From contig JALMLS010000391.1 of NCBI GenBank assembly GCA_038496445.1, positions 2,066-66,065 on the forward strand: a DNA stretch of 64,000 nucleotides. Reading direction: 5' to 3'. The notes below the pieces were generated by a model. That model made no database searches and was not told the DNA's origin. It saw nothing but the letters and a program-made list of their open reading frames with translations. Origin of the DNA: Trichosphaerium sp. ATCC 40318. Lineage: Eukaryota > Protista > Tubulinea. Positions 25,440 through 37,561 of this stretch are shown here, one piece after another (the first letter of the stretch is position 1; each line of letters opens with the position of its first letter). The translations under genes were made by a program, and so were the position numbers.

Positions 25440-26834
25440 ATGAACGCCGCCCCGCCACCAGTAACGACAGACTCGTTCCATTCTCGTGTACAGGTCCAAG
25501 CCATACCAAAACCGCTTAGTCCAGCTTTTCCACGCCCACAGCGCTTTGCAGAGATAACCTTGATAGGTTCTGCAGGTACGTTTATTCAAATTAGCGTGTC
25601 GACACTAACAAGGTGTCAGAATGCCCTTTTTCACAAAGCACGGCGATGGCGCTCTTTCTTACACATCATCAACGATTTAGTTTTCTACAAATACGCCTTC
25701 GTGACCAAGCGAATAGATATACACATAACTACAAACCAGAATGGTACGAAACTAGTTGGCGCCAATTTGGTAACATTCCTTTCAATCTAAATTGCGATAA
25801 AACCTTCGTCAACCGCACCTCTACGCATGGCAGTAACGTTGACAGCGCTAAACGATTTTTTATTGACCACAACGCGATTTTGCGTTTTACAAAACCGTTT
25901 AATGAAAACATAGGTTATTCTCCATAGCTCCCACAGGCGAACTACCAGTCCTTATTCACGATAATATAACTCTCTGTGGTACCACTGCTTGTAACATGCA
26001 TATAGAACAGTTATGCTTCAAAGACGTGCAACAAGAGCACCCTTACAACCCAGCAAGCCATCGTGCGTAAAAAACTTGTCACTCAAAAAAAAGAAAGAAA
26101 ACTCACCTCAAAATAGAACAGTGGATCCAATTTTGTCAATCTCAGGTATTGTCTTTTTACTCGCTTCATTCCTATTCTTGACGTTATATGTTATACCTCC
26201 TAAGACATGTTATTTATTTAGATAGTACCTTTATTCTTTAAAATCCTTCAGTGTCGTACAGATCCTAAACTATCACAACTGAAGGAACAGTTATTGTATA
26301 ATTTAAAAGTAGCAAACTGTTTTTTTGCTTCAAAAAAACAAGAAAGTAAAAGTAATACACCGTACCTACTTGGTACATGGATATCTATGGTATGTGTAGA
26401 TTATATAAGCTTAGTATCGTTCATGCAAATCACCATGACTGTCTGTGCTAACGTGATTTTTTGTTTAGGCTGATATTTTTTGGCTTCCATTTTATTACAG
26501 AATAATATACGTCCTTGGTGAATTAAGAGACTTTAAGATACCTCATACTGATGAATATGAATTTTTGACATACTGGTTTAATAATGTTATACATGCAACA
26601 TGCTTTAAGTGGTCATTATTTGGAGGTACATGCGCAACTTGATGATTCGCAAAACTGATAAAACTAACTTTCTTGTTTTTTCGTATAGATGAAAAAGATT
26701 ACAGAGCACTTCTTATAAAAGCTTATAAACCTATTGCTGATGGAACATATAAAATTGACGATATGTTAAAGACTAGGGTTCATATTAGTACAAAACAAGT
26801 TGTACCTGCAGTATGCCCGTCTTATTTTTTGTGA
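25440..26834 (+). CDS. Cys-type glutathione transferase (DHAR/omega/lambda-like)
   Basis: SECPFSQ, KPEW|LFSIAPTGELPVLIHD (GST-N), PYLLGTWISMADIFWLPFYYRI (GST-C). Confidence 0.85.
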
Positions 26835-27195
26835 AAAGAACAAAACAATGTACAACAAAAAAAATAGTATGAAAAAACTTTAGAAAGAAAACAACACTCT
26901 TCCTTGTATTAAATAAATTTTTGAAGATATTTTACTCTCTAATAATGCTTTTTGTTATGATAAATGAACAAACCAAGGAATACCAATGTAGCGGTTGAAA
27001 AAACTGTACAAACAAACTTTGGTTTTGCCAGTCAAAATCAACTAAAAAAAAAGAGTTTACAGTTTTCATATTCACGATCAGTCGCTTCTTCAATCACTAA
27101 TTAAACTTAAAGCTATGCACAGCATATACAGTTATTATTAAGGTAAACTTTTAGGATCAAGTGACATGTGTAACCAATAACTGAAAATTTTTTCT

Positions 27196-27927
27196 TTATT
27201 TTTTTCCTTTGTGTTTTTTTGCTACAACATCAAAGTATAAATCTTTCTCATTATCTAATAAGTACTTTCCTACATCTTCACTAAACCAATCAAGTTTTAC
27301 CATTTCATCAACAATACTCTTCTTTTCATCCACGCTTGTAGAAGCATGCATAGAAGATAGCTTAGCTCTTATCTTTGTTGAAGATAGTTCTGACAGCTCT
27401 TCCTCTACAAATATTATTCGATGCCTGTCTTCAGGTGGTGTATCAGGTCCAGGCTCTTTAGGATTTCCAAACTCACTCTTCAACCTCTCTGTATCTCCTT
27501 TTCTTGCAATCATAACAAAATTAAACTTTTTGTTCAGTCTTGCCTTGTGAGGCTTTGAACGATCACCTCCTGTTACTATAACCTTTGTTACTACTCCGTG
27601 CTCCTTATACACTTCACGTTGATGGAATTTGAGGCATGCGTTTGCGCTACCAAAGGTTTTTTTGAGAGGAATAATCCAAGGGTCATTTTGGGTCAACAGT
27701 CTACACATTTCTAGTCTGTGGTCTCCTTTCATTGCCTGGCCCTTTAATTTACTTTTTACGTATCCATCTGGTGCTGTAGCAAGGTAGCCGAATAGAACGC
27801 ATCCAGTTCCAAAGTGTTCTTCCAAAGCCTTTCTTGCTGTCTTTAATGTCTGTAAATGAGTTGTGTGAACAGGATTAAACGCTCCGCCAATAGATAATAT
27901 GAATTTACGCTTTGTTGCTTCGCACAT
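27196..27927 (-). CDS. NMN/NaMN adenylyltransferase-like nucleotidyltransferase, intronless
   Basis: GGAFNPVHTTH (HxGH-type motif), HRLEMCRL, LSSTKIR. Confidence 0.8.
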   Translation of the reverse strand: MCEATKRKFILSIGGAFNPVHTTHLQTLKTARKALEEHFGTGCVLFGYLATAPDGYVKSKLKGQAMKGDHRLEMCRLLTQNDPWIIPLKKTFGSANACLKFHQREVYKEHGVVTKVIVTGGDRSKPHKARLNKKFNFVMIARKGDTERLKSEFGNPKEPGPDTPPEDRHRIIFVEEELSELSSTKIRAKLSSMHASTSVDEKKSIVDEMVKLDWFSEDVGKYLLDNEKDLYFDVVAKKHKGKK

Positions 27928-29964
27928 TGTAGATATTTACTTGAACTGAACTTAAAACTGTAATAGTGGTGATGTGGCACTTGAGATTCTATTAAAAAGT
28001 GTCGAAAAGTTCAATGAAACAGAAATCGTCACGACTGACACCTTTTTTACGGGTCAAACTTGGGACCACCAAATCAATCCCACAACGTTTGTCGTAACCA
28101 TGGCCTGGCTCTAATTACGTATGTAGTTGTTGAAAAACATGACCTAGTACCTATTCAAGGTGCATGAACGGCTCCCACTCAAGGTCAGTAAGAAATCACG
28201 TGAAGTTGTGCACTACTTTGTTTGAAAATCACAGGTTAGATTTTATGACTGGACTTGTGGGGTGATCAATCATCAGCTACAAACTTTAACAGTGCAATAA
28301 ACTAGGTCCTTTACGGAGGATTCACTTTATAGTAGTACAGATTATTATTTGGTTACTTTTACAATTATGTTTACGAAATACAGGAGTTCTTAAGAAGTTG
28401 GAGTTGGGGTAAATTCTCTTACTCTCAATAGCTCTGGTGGTTCTTCCAACAGCAATCTCGGTAATTGATAGGATCCGTTGATGTGCATTGTAGGTATAAC
28501 AGCTAGTATTGAGCGAATTGAAGGTAGTACTGTTCCAGATGGACGAGGTACAGGTTGAAGGTATGTCCCCGGTTTTGGACCTCCGTATATTTTGTCTCTT
28601 CTCTTCTTAAACGAAGGGACGTGTACGCCAAACGTGACATTATGGGGAGTGTTATCATGGAGTTTTCTAAGGGAATCACATGTTGTGCTTGTCACGTATG
28701 TTTCATAACCAATTCGTGTATTTTGACGACCAGAAGAAGGTTTCTTCGCTGTAAGTCTTGGTAGCTCTTTTCTCCTTCTTGTTTTAGTAGTTGCCTAAAT
28801 AGATAGTTAATTTAACCCAACTAGTTCAGAAGGTACTTTCAATAAGCGGAGTAGGTTTTCAACAAATTGTAAGGTTGTACAATTGGAAAATATTGATGAG
28901 CTTGCGGACGTTTAGGTACCTTTGTTTTAAAGACTGGTTTGTTTAGAATTTGCGATTTTGACCTTTTCGCAGATAGACCAACTAGTGTTGCTACAGCAAA
29001 TACTTCGCTTGTATGAAGGGATTGCATTATAAAGAGATGATGTTAAAGTTGTTGGGAGTGTAGTTTTTTGTAGGAGTGTTCATTTTCTATTTAGTTTTTT
29101 TTTGTACAGATTGAACCTGTATGTCCGTGTGGAACTACTGTTCGTGTTAACTGGTTTGGTTTGCGTCTATGCTATCTTCCTATTGAATACAGTAACGGCT
29201 ATTTATGACAATACTCCATCAATCATGATCACACCACAACATTACGAGCGTGGCTATTACTTGGAGTTATTTGAAACGTTTTGTGAAAGCCCGCGGAGAA
29301 AGCAAAAAACGCTTGTCACACGTGATATGTTAAACCATATTTAACAATTTTGGACTGTTATACTCCGCTTTAGGGTTGAAAGTTAATACCCTCTCTTTAG
29401 TGTTATTTTAGTCCCTTTTTGATGTTGGATGTGTTCCGCAAAAGGTCAGTCTTTTTTTTGAAGATCATATACTGTCTTCTAATGTTTAAACAGCTGTACT
29501 GAAATATACGGAAAAGAAGGCTGTACGGAGTTTGTAATGACTTTGTGTGAACCAGCACACATTATTTCTCTCGAGGTCAAAGATTTTTTGGCTGAATAGA
29601 AGAAGCTTCTCACAGGAACTTTCGTAATAGCAAAAGGTTGAACGGTAGCGAAAACACAAGTTACTATCACGTGATTCAGAAAACAATGGTAGCTGATGTA
29701 AACGACTGTACAGAGGTTCTTCATTGACTCAAGTAAGCTAGTAGTGTTGCACGTTTACCAATGAAAAAAACAAAAATAAGCTCATACCGTTCAACTAGTT
29801 AGTTACAGTACGGTATTGTACACTGTAGTACTTATTAAAATGTTAGGAGGAAAAGGTAAACAATTACAAAACAGTAACACGGTTTTTTTAGTAAAAAAGG
29901 GTTTATTTTTCACTTTAAATAACAATAAGGAGGTCGTCCTCCAACACCTTTTTTTGGATATTTT

Positions 29965-32007
29965 TTAGTACTCCATATCCATGTCGTACGCTTCATCTGA
30001 TTCACATTCTGAATCTGAATCTTCACCTATTTTTTATTCATTAGCTTTATTGCAATTTATTCTGAAATATTATGTGTACCATCAAAGTATCCACCCTCCC
30101 AATCAGCACATTCCATTTGTGCTTCATACTTTACTTTTTTCGCAATTCTTTTTGTATTTTTATTCGATTTCATATCCTCAAGCTGTTCTTTGCCCTTTTT
30201 AATTAATTCAACTACAGCTCCTTTATCATCCTGTAATACATAAAGTCAGTAAATTATGTTTTATAATGTTGTGAGAAGATAATAAGAAAAAAAAAGAACA
30301 TGTTTTTTAGTCAACTGTTTACAATTGAAAGAACGGCATGTTTGTACCTTATCTTTTACACGTTCTAGCAATGTAATAACGGCCTGTTTTTGCTCTATTG
30401 CTTTGTCTTTCTGTCCTTTTTCAAGCAATTCAGCAATCAGTTTATTCTGAAAGTAGCAAGTGTTAATTACACAAAATCTTGAATAACACTCATAAGCGTA
30501 CCAGCATTGCAGCTTCTTTGATTGCAACAGCTACCAATACTTCGCCATCCATATCTGTAAGTTTTTTTCGGTCCGTTGATGGTGTAAGTTGAAGGTGACC
30601 AGTCACAGTTTTAGTTGTATATTGTTGTTCCTATTAACAGACCTGTGAGCATGGCGACTTTTTACAAAAGAAAATGTTGACTATTGGCGTTATGTGTACC
30701 TTTCCTGATGCTAGTACTTCGTACGATAGCTTCCAAGATATCACCATAAACGACTCTTCACCTTTAGGACATTCAGTCTCACATTCTACAAGAATACGTG
30801 TTGTATCATTCGCCATTAAATCACCAAGTTGAATAGCTGGAATCATACAAAGTAAGTAAAAGTCAATGATGAACACGTGAAGATTGTCACGTGATGTGAG
30901 TTAGAAAAGCCGTACCTGATGGTTTATCGTCTTTTCCCCATACTTTAGTTATTTGAGTTCCTTTGGCAGCTGTGAGGTTCAACACAGCGCTGATACCTTT
31001 AAGCTCAAGTAATCCATGAATTGCTTTCGAAATTCCTTGTTGGATAGATATTGGTGAGCTTAAGAACATGTAGTGACCGCCACCGTGTGCAGCAATAGCC
31101 TATGACATTTTAGCTCGGGAATTATAAACTAGGTACACATTACCATCATCATTTTCTCATCAAAATCGCTTCCAATACCAAACGCAGAAGTCTTCAAAAA
31201 TAATTAGAAAAAAAAACATTTGAAGCAAAAAAGCCTTACTGTGACGCCTTGGTCTGCCATCTTTACAACTATTTCAGATACCTTATCTATACTTTTAATA
31301 CCTTCATTTGCAAGGCCATCAGAAAACAAGAAAATACGCTTAATGGCTCCATTTTTGGTCTTGTGTTTTTGAAGTAAATCAAATCCACGTTGTAGCTATT
31401 TTAAAAAAACGTTAGCGCTTGACTTCTTTCACGTGATTCCGAAAAAAAGAACGTACTCCTCCAGAGAGGTTAGTACAGCCTTCTGTTTGTATATCTTTCA
31501 CATCTTGTTTGAGGTATTCTTTGTCTGATAAATCATCATCTGTACAAAAAAATTAAGTAAGTTTCGCAACCTATTTTTATCTTACGTTCAACGATTGTTG
31601 TTACTTTAGATCCATAGGCGACAATTGTCAATTTATCCTGTGTAACGCTGTTAGTGATATAGTATAGATGCGCTTGAGGCATACTTTACCGGGTTCCAGA
31701 TGTTTTATCACTTTTTTCAACGCTTTCTTTGCGAAATGTAGTTTACTACCGTCCATTGATCCAGAACGATCCAAAACAACCGCCAGTTCCTTTGGCAAGT
31801 CAGTTTCAGACACCAATTCGGTCTACGTTATATTTTAAACCGTACAATGGGCGCTCTGACTGCTGAGTTCTCGTTTTTTGACGTAATAACCTTCAAAGCG
31901 CAGTTCCATGTTGAGGTACGTTTTGCTTTTATAAACGCGCATGCAGGTGCCGCAACGACACTGACGGGTTCTGTTGGGGTTGCAGGATTGTTAGGAGTTG
32001 CTGCCAT
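29965..32007 (-). CDS. von Willebrand factor A domain protein, copy 1
   Basis: RAPI|ELAVVLDRSGSM (MIDAS), GCTNLSGG, FLFSDGLANEG, SAFGIGSDFD; acidic C-terminal tail. Confidence 0.9.
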
Positions 32008-32557
32008 GATGTATAGTATGAGATTTTAATGGTTTTGAGTTCGCGAACCAAAACCAACAACCAACTATTTTTCAATGAACGTAAAAAAAGTAAAATTATT
32101 AGCTAAACAATGCCATAACAAGAAAACGCTAAGTCATTGGTAAGCTTATAATGCACTCAACTTTTACATTCAATGACTACATGTAACATGTAGTCTTTCT
32201 TCAGCTTGTGGATCATGATGCATTGATATTCTTACAGCCACTTCATCTTATGCAATCAATGCAAGTGTTTTTCATTTTGCTGTATGTCTGACACTTGACA
32301 TCCAAATATTGTTGTATCCTACAACATGATGTATAACATCAGCAATAGTAATGTCTACTAACCGATTAAACTTGTTTTTGATAGTCACGTGCGCTAGGAT
32401 TTTTCAAGAAAAGTCAGTGTTGAGCACCAACTTCAAAGGCGTTCCGTTGACCAAAATCTCATACGGTTTTAACCACGTCACTTCGAAATCACTGAATCTC
32501 TCTTAGTAGTCCACAGTATGTTGTCATAGCCGCAATTGAAGTTTGTAATTAGCCACA

Positions 32558-35041
32558 ATGGACATTCTAGAATACTTTATTGCAACATTCGCCCTCCTCT
32601 TATTCGCGTGGCTTGTGCTTGCTCTAACGTATTGCTGCAGACGTACAAAACCCTTTCACGGTTATAAAGTAGGCGCTCCTATATCTGTAGGGATAGGTAC
32701 TATCCCTCTTGATTTGATTTCACTACTGAAAAACTTAGACCTTGGAACAACTCAGTGTTGTGCGTCGTTTTGGTCTAAGAAGAATAATTGGATAAAGACA
32801 ATACCGTTAGACAATGGTAACAAGTTAATGCCTTCAGTTGTTTATCTTGATCCAGACACAGGCTCGTTTGAAGTGTGATATAAGTCCTACACCCAAAATT
32901 ATGAGTAACTTCACAGTAGGTTGGCAAGAGTGCTTTGAAAAAGCAAAGATCTCTACCCAGAAGCGTTGTGAGTAACGCAAAAAGGTTAATAGGCCGGGAA
33001 TATTCTTCAGCAGAGTGTGAAATGGTAAGGAGACAAAAAAGTTGTTAGGATTTTTTGTAACTAGTCTTTCTTAGGTTAGAAGAAATGCAAGCTATTCTAT
33101 TATCAAGGGTGTAGAAGATAAACCTGAAATCAGTGTACATCTAGTTGCTTATCTTTTTCTTCTGACACGTGATTATAGTTACCGTACAAAGGCGGATATA
33201 AAACATTTTTGCCAAAAAAGATAAGTAGCGTGCTGTTAGCAGGCATTAAACGATCGATAGGTATCACCCCATTCTTTGCCTCGGATATAACCTAGTAATG
33301 TTCATTTATTTAGAGACCTACCTTGGTAGACCTATTGACTCTGCAGGTACACTGCTAAAAAGCTAAGATATTCTAACAACAATCTATAGTTATAACTGTT
33401 CCTGCTCATTTCGGTGAGGTGAGTGGTACTATTGTAAACAACAGATTCATCATTGAGTAAGGTCCAACGACGAGCAACAAAAGAAGCTGCTTCTATGGCT
33501 GGACTTAGCGTTGCAAGAATAATAGCTGAGTACGTTTTCAAGCATTTTTGTTTGTTGTTGAGCGTTTGATGCAGGCCTACAGCTGCAGCGATAGCGTACG
33601 GATTTACTTTTGCTGGAGTAAGAACGATATTGGTTTTTGATTGGGGAGGAGGAACGCTTGATGTTTCATTACTAAAGTTAGATAACGGAGAATGTCGTGT
33701 TGTTGCAACTGCTGGGAAATCACATCTTGGTGGAGCAGATATAGATATCAATGTACGTTGCAATATATCTTAGTATACACGTAATCTCAGATAATTATGA
33801 ATACGATTAGGTACTTCACTTTGTTATTGATAAGATATCTACAGACTGTGGTGTAAATATCAGAAAATACCCGGAAATCATGGTAGAAGTACGGACATTC
33901 ATGTTCACAATAGTTCTGACCATCAAGGTAACGAGGAGTTGCGAACAAGCCAAAGTGACACTGTCAAAGGAAGACACTGCTCTCATTTCTGTAACAAACA
34001 TACCTAACATTGGCACACATCAGATTACATTAACAAGGTGAGTTATACGATCCTATGATTGACTTTGAATTAAATTGCTTTAGAGATCTTTTTAATACTT
34101 TAAACGAGGATATCTGGAGCCAAGCAATGGAACCTGTACAAAAAACGTGAGCTATAAAATTAGTACTGATATCGCCACAAGATAGGTGAAGCTCTCAATT
34201 CTTCAGGTGTTGTTGAAAGCGAAGTTACAGAGGTTGTACTCGTAGGAGGATCATCGAGAATTCCAAAAATAAGGGAGCTTCTCACGTCCCGTTTTGGAAA
34301 GGTGGTTGATATTCAATTTAATCACCTGTTTGATTTATTTCAACCTTAGGAACTATGTACAGTTGTTGATGCAGATAAAGGCGTTGCTTGGGGTGCTGGT
34401 ATTCAAGCAGCAATGCTATCTGGTGTCAGTAGTGAATTACTTTGTGATTTTTTACTGTTTGATATCACTGCTTCTGATATTGGTATTCTTAACTCTAACA
34501 ACGAGATGGTATGTATGGCTCTATCCCTTGTCTAAATACACCTAATACAATATTGGGTTAGGTCACTCTGATTCCGCGTAACACCCAACTGCCAGCACGA
34601 GGAGAAAAGGTGTTTTCAACATACGAAGATGACCAAAAATATGTTACAGTTAAAGTGTATGAAGGAAACAACAAAACAGCTCTGTGAGTCTTTTCCTTTT
34701 ACCTCTATCTATGTTTTTGCGTTTACTATATTAACAGAGAAAACGGGTATATTGGACACTGGACGCTACCAATTGCAGATGCTAAAGGAGCAAAGAAAGG
34801 CGAAAGAAAAGTGAAAATTGTTATCGAACTTGATATAAATGGACTACTTCGTGTAAGTCATGAAACACTTGGTGTACCACCTAGATTTATGTCAACTATT
34901 GCTTGGATATCGTTTGGTATTTACATAGCAGGTAAGAGTTAGACCAGTCACAACAATAGTCACAAAGTACTTTTCATAGGAGTAATATGCTCAGTCTGCT
35001 ACTGGGGTTTTTTGCAATTCCAGAAGAACCCAGGTGGATAG
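32558..35041 (+). CDS. atypical Hsp70 with N- and C-terminal hydrophobic anchors
   Basis: GI|[63 protein letters not shown], followed directly by a hydrophobic stretch and a stop. Confidence 0.9.
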
Positions 35042-35242
35042 AAGCTAGCTCGGATACGTGAACCCCCTTAAAATTATGCGAAAATTACAGAAGCATATCA
35101 CGCTGTTCTTCAACAAGAAACATTAAAATAAAGAAACAAAGTCGAATTCAAAAGTGTATTTTATGAAGTATTGCAAAGAATATTTTTCACAAAAACAGTT
35201 TTGTTGTTATATCTCATGTAGTTTTTCTTTAATGAGTTTCTC

Positions 35243-37312
35243 TTATTCAGATTTTTTAAGACTGAATATTGCAGAAATAGCTTTTGCAAGCCTCATAATA
35301 TGATCATCGTCGTTATAAACATGACAAGAAACCCTAACACACTGCCTCATTTTTTCTCCAACATGTGTTTTGCTTACTGGTACTTCTATGTTATATTTGT
35401 CACGTAGAGTATCGTGAATATCAATATCTACTTTATCATCTTCTGGAAGAAGAACAAGAGCCATAGCACCGCATAATGTTTTATCAACAAGAACTTCTGT
35501 GTTCCAATACTAGTGTTAAAAAAAAATCCAAGTCAGCCTCAATGAACACGTGGTATAATACTGAAAACTCAACAGTAGGAATAATACTTTCACTAGTTCG
35601 TTATTTTGTTGTAAAATAGAAAAACAATAGAGAAAGGGGCCTTTGAAAAGGCAAAACGTTAAAGTTTTGTTGATAAAAAAGTAATAACTTTGCTTACGTC
35701 TGAAAGAAAGTTTCCTTTTTGCACTGCCATGTCATGATTTCTATTAAAAACAGACTTGATATCACCACCACCAATCCATTGCATATATTTATGAGCCAAA
35801 CGCATTGTAATCATTGGTGTATAGTCCTTAAAATGATATTAAAAAAAAGCAATCTTAATAATTTTGTTGTTGTGAAGCAACGATACTAAATGTAGATGTT
35901 GGTGCAACTTCCAAGAAAAAAAAGAATTGAATATTAAAACGTCATCCACAAGTGGAACAAAGTAAGAAAGTATTTCATGTAAGAATGACGGAAATCCTTA
36001 CCATTGTGCCTTGCCTAAAAAAAATAAGTTAAAATCCATGCAATGATTACTATTTAAAAGTTTACCATATAAACTCAGCATGAAACCCTTTATCAGAACC
36101 CCATGTTGTTACAACAGGATGAACAGTCATCTGTAACTTTGGATTCACATACAACAATGCAGCTCCACGATTATTACACTAGTAAGACAAAGAAATCAAA
36201 AAGATGGAAAAAAAAAACTTGCAAACAAAAAACGATTAATGACACGTGTCATTTTTCCACTAGTTGCTTACCAACCACTTGTGCCCATTTGTAACATAAT
36301 AGTCTGCATTAATCTCATCCAAAGAAAGAGGTATTTGACCAAGAGAATGTGCTCCATCAATTAGCACTTTAGCATTGTATTTATGACATAAAGACACTAT
36401 CCTTGACACAGGCATGATGACAGCTGTTGGGCTTATAATATGAGATACAACGACAAGATCAACTTTCGATTTCTTCAAGCAGGCTTCAAGTTGCGCTATT
36501 ACTTTATCACCATAATTACTACCAGCAGGAAGAGGTGGAAGAGTAAGCTCTGTAACTTTTCCTTTACAAGCTGTTTTTGCAGCTGTTTTTACAGCCCCGT
36601 ATGTGAGATTAAACACAACGACATGGCTCTCTGGTGTCCACGGGAAAGAGGAAAGAACAGCAGCAATACCATACTCCTATGTAGAAGGTTCTTTAGGGAC
36701 AAGCGACACTTTTTTGAAAGGTAGAATAAAAAGACGTACAACGTTAGGAATGAAGCCCATGTGTTCTGGTTTTGACCCAACGGCGTTTGCCATGTAGCGT
36801 AGGCTTTTTACAAGTTGTGAGAACAACGTCTAAATAACAACAAGTTAACTAGCTAAATTTCTAACAAATACGCTACCACGAACTCGTTTAGAGCGTATTT
36901 CGTACATTGTAAAAGAAATATACTGGCTGTTTCTCTATTTCGAAATGCCAAGCGTGACAAGCGTCTAAAATGTCTTTTGGAGTAGCTCCTATAATAAACA
37001 CGCCAAATGAGCAACAAATAACAAAAAACCGTTGTACCATAACTGCCGTGTGCCAAAAACGCTATTTTATCATCTAATAAGAACTCCTACAAGTATTAAC
37101 GTCCAAAAACGCTTGCTAACGTGCTTTCATCGCTTCTTTACCAAAAGCTGGCGGTTTACTTTCAGAAAGCTTCTGTAATAATTTAACTTCGAAATCTGGA
37201 GCGTCTGGCGCCTGAAAAACGCGTTAGTAACATTGTAGTAATAAACTTATTGTACCTCATATTCTGTGTCTGTCAAACGCATTTGAGCCTCTACTTTTTC
37301 GTATTTCGACAT
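35243..37312 (-). CDS. PLP-dependent class V aminotransferase-fold C-S lyase (Egt2 / L-cysteine desulfhydrase-like)
   Basis: FLAHGSYG, LIDGAHSLGQIPL, YYVTNGHKW (PLP lysine), VRVSCHVYN. Confidence 0.88.
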
Positions 37313-37561
37313 GTAGTGGCTTCTTGCTCAGGTTTGGCTATTTGTAACGTTGTGCGAATACTACTTGTGACTTTTTGCTGAAATCTTAGAGGTGCGTTTT
37401 ACTCACCTCAGTGGAGTCATTCGTCGTCCCTTCATCACTACACATAGTACTCGCATCACTTGGCATAGCTCCAACCATTGACGGAAGTTGTAACTGAGGA
37501 CTCCGTTTTGCCATTTTTTTTTTGAGTATAATTTCTTCTGTCAGTAAACAAAGCACTAATA

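Noticed and set aside
25407-25911. Minus-strand ORFs over the GST 5' region
   Set aside because: Shadow ORFs; the plus strand encodes clear GST motifs.
28390-29083. Possible multi-exon hypothetical gene on the minus strand
   Set aside because: Could not build a stop-free model and saw no recognisable domain.
21005-37312. Sulfur/redox gene cluster (MRI1, GST, PLP C-S lyase, NMNAT)
   Set aside because: Genes are interspersed with unrelated ones and no EgtB/Egt1 partner is present; no evidence of functional clustering.
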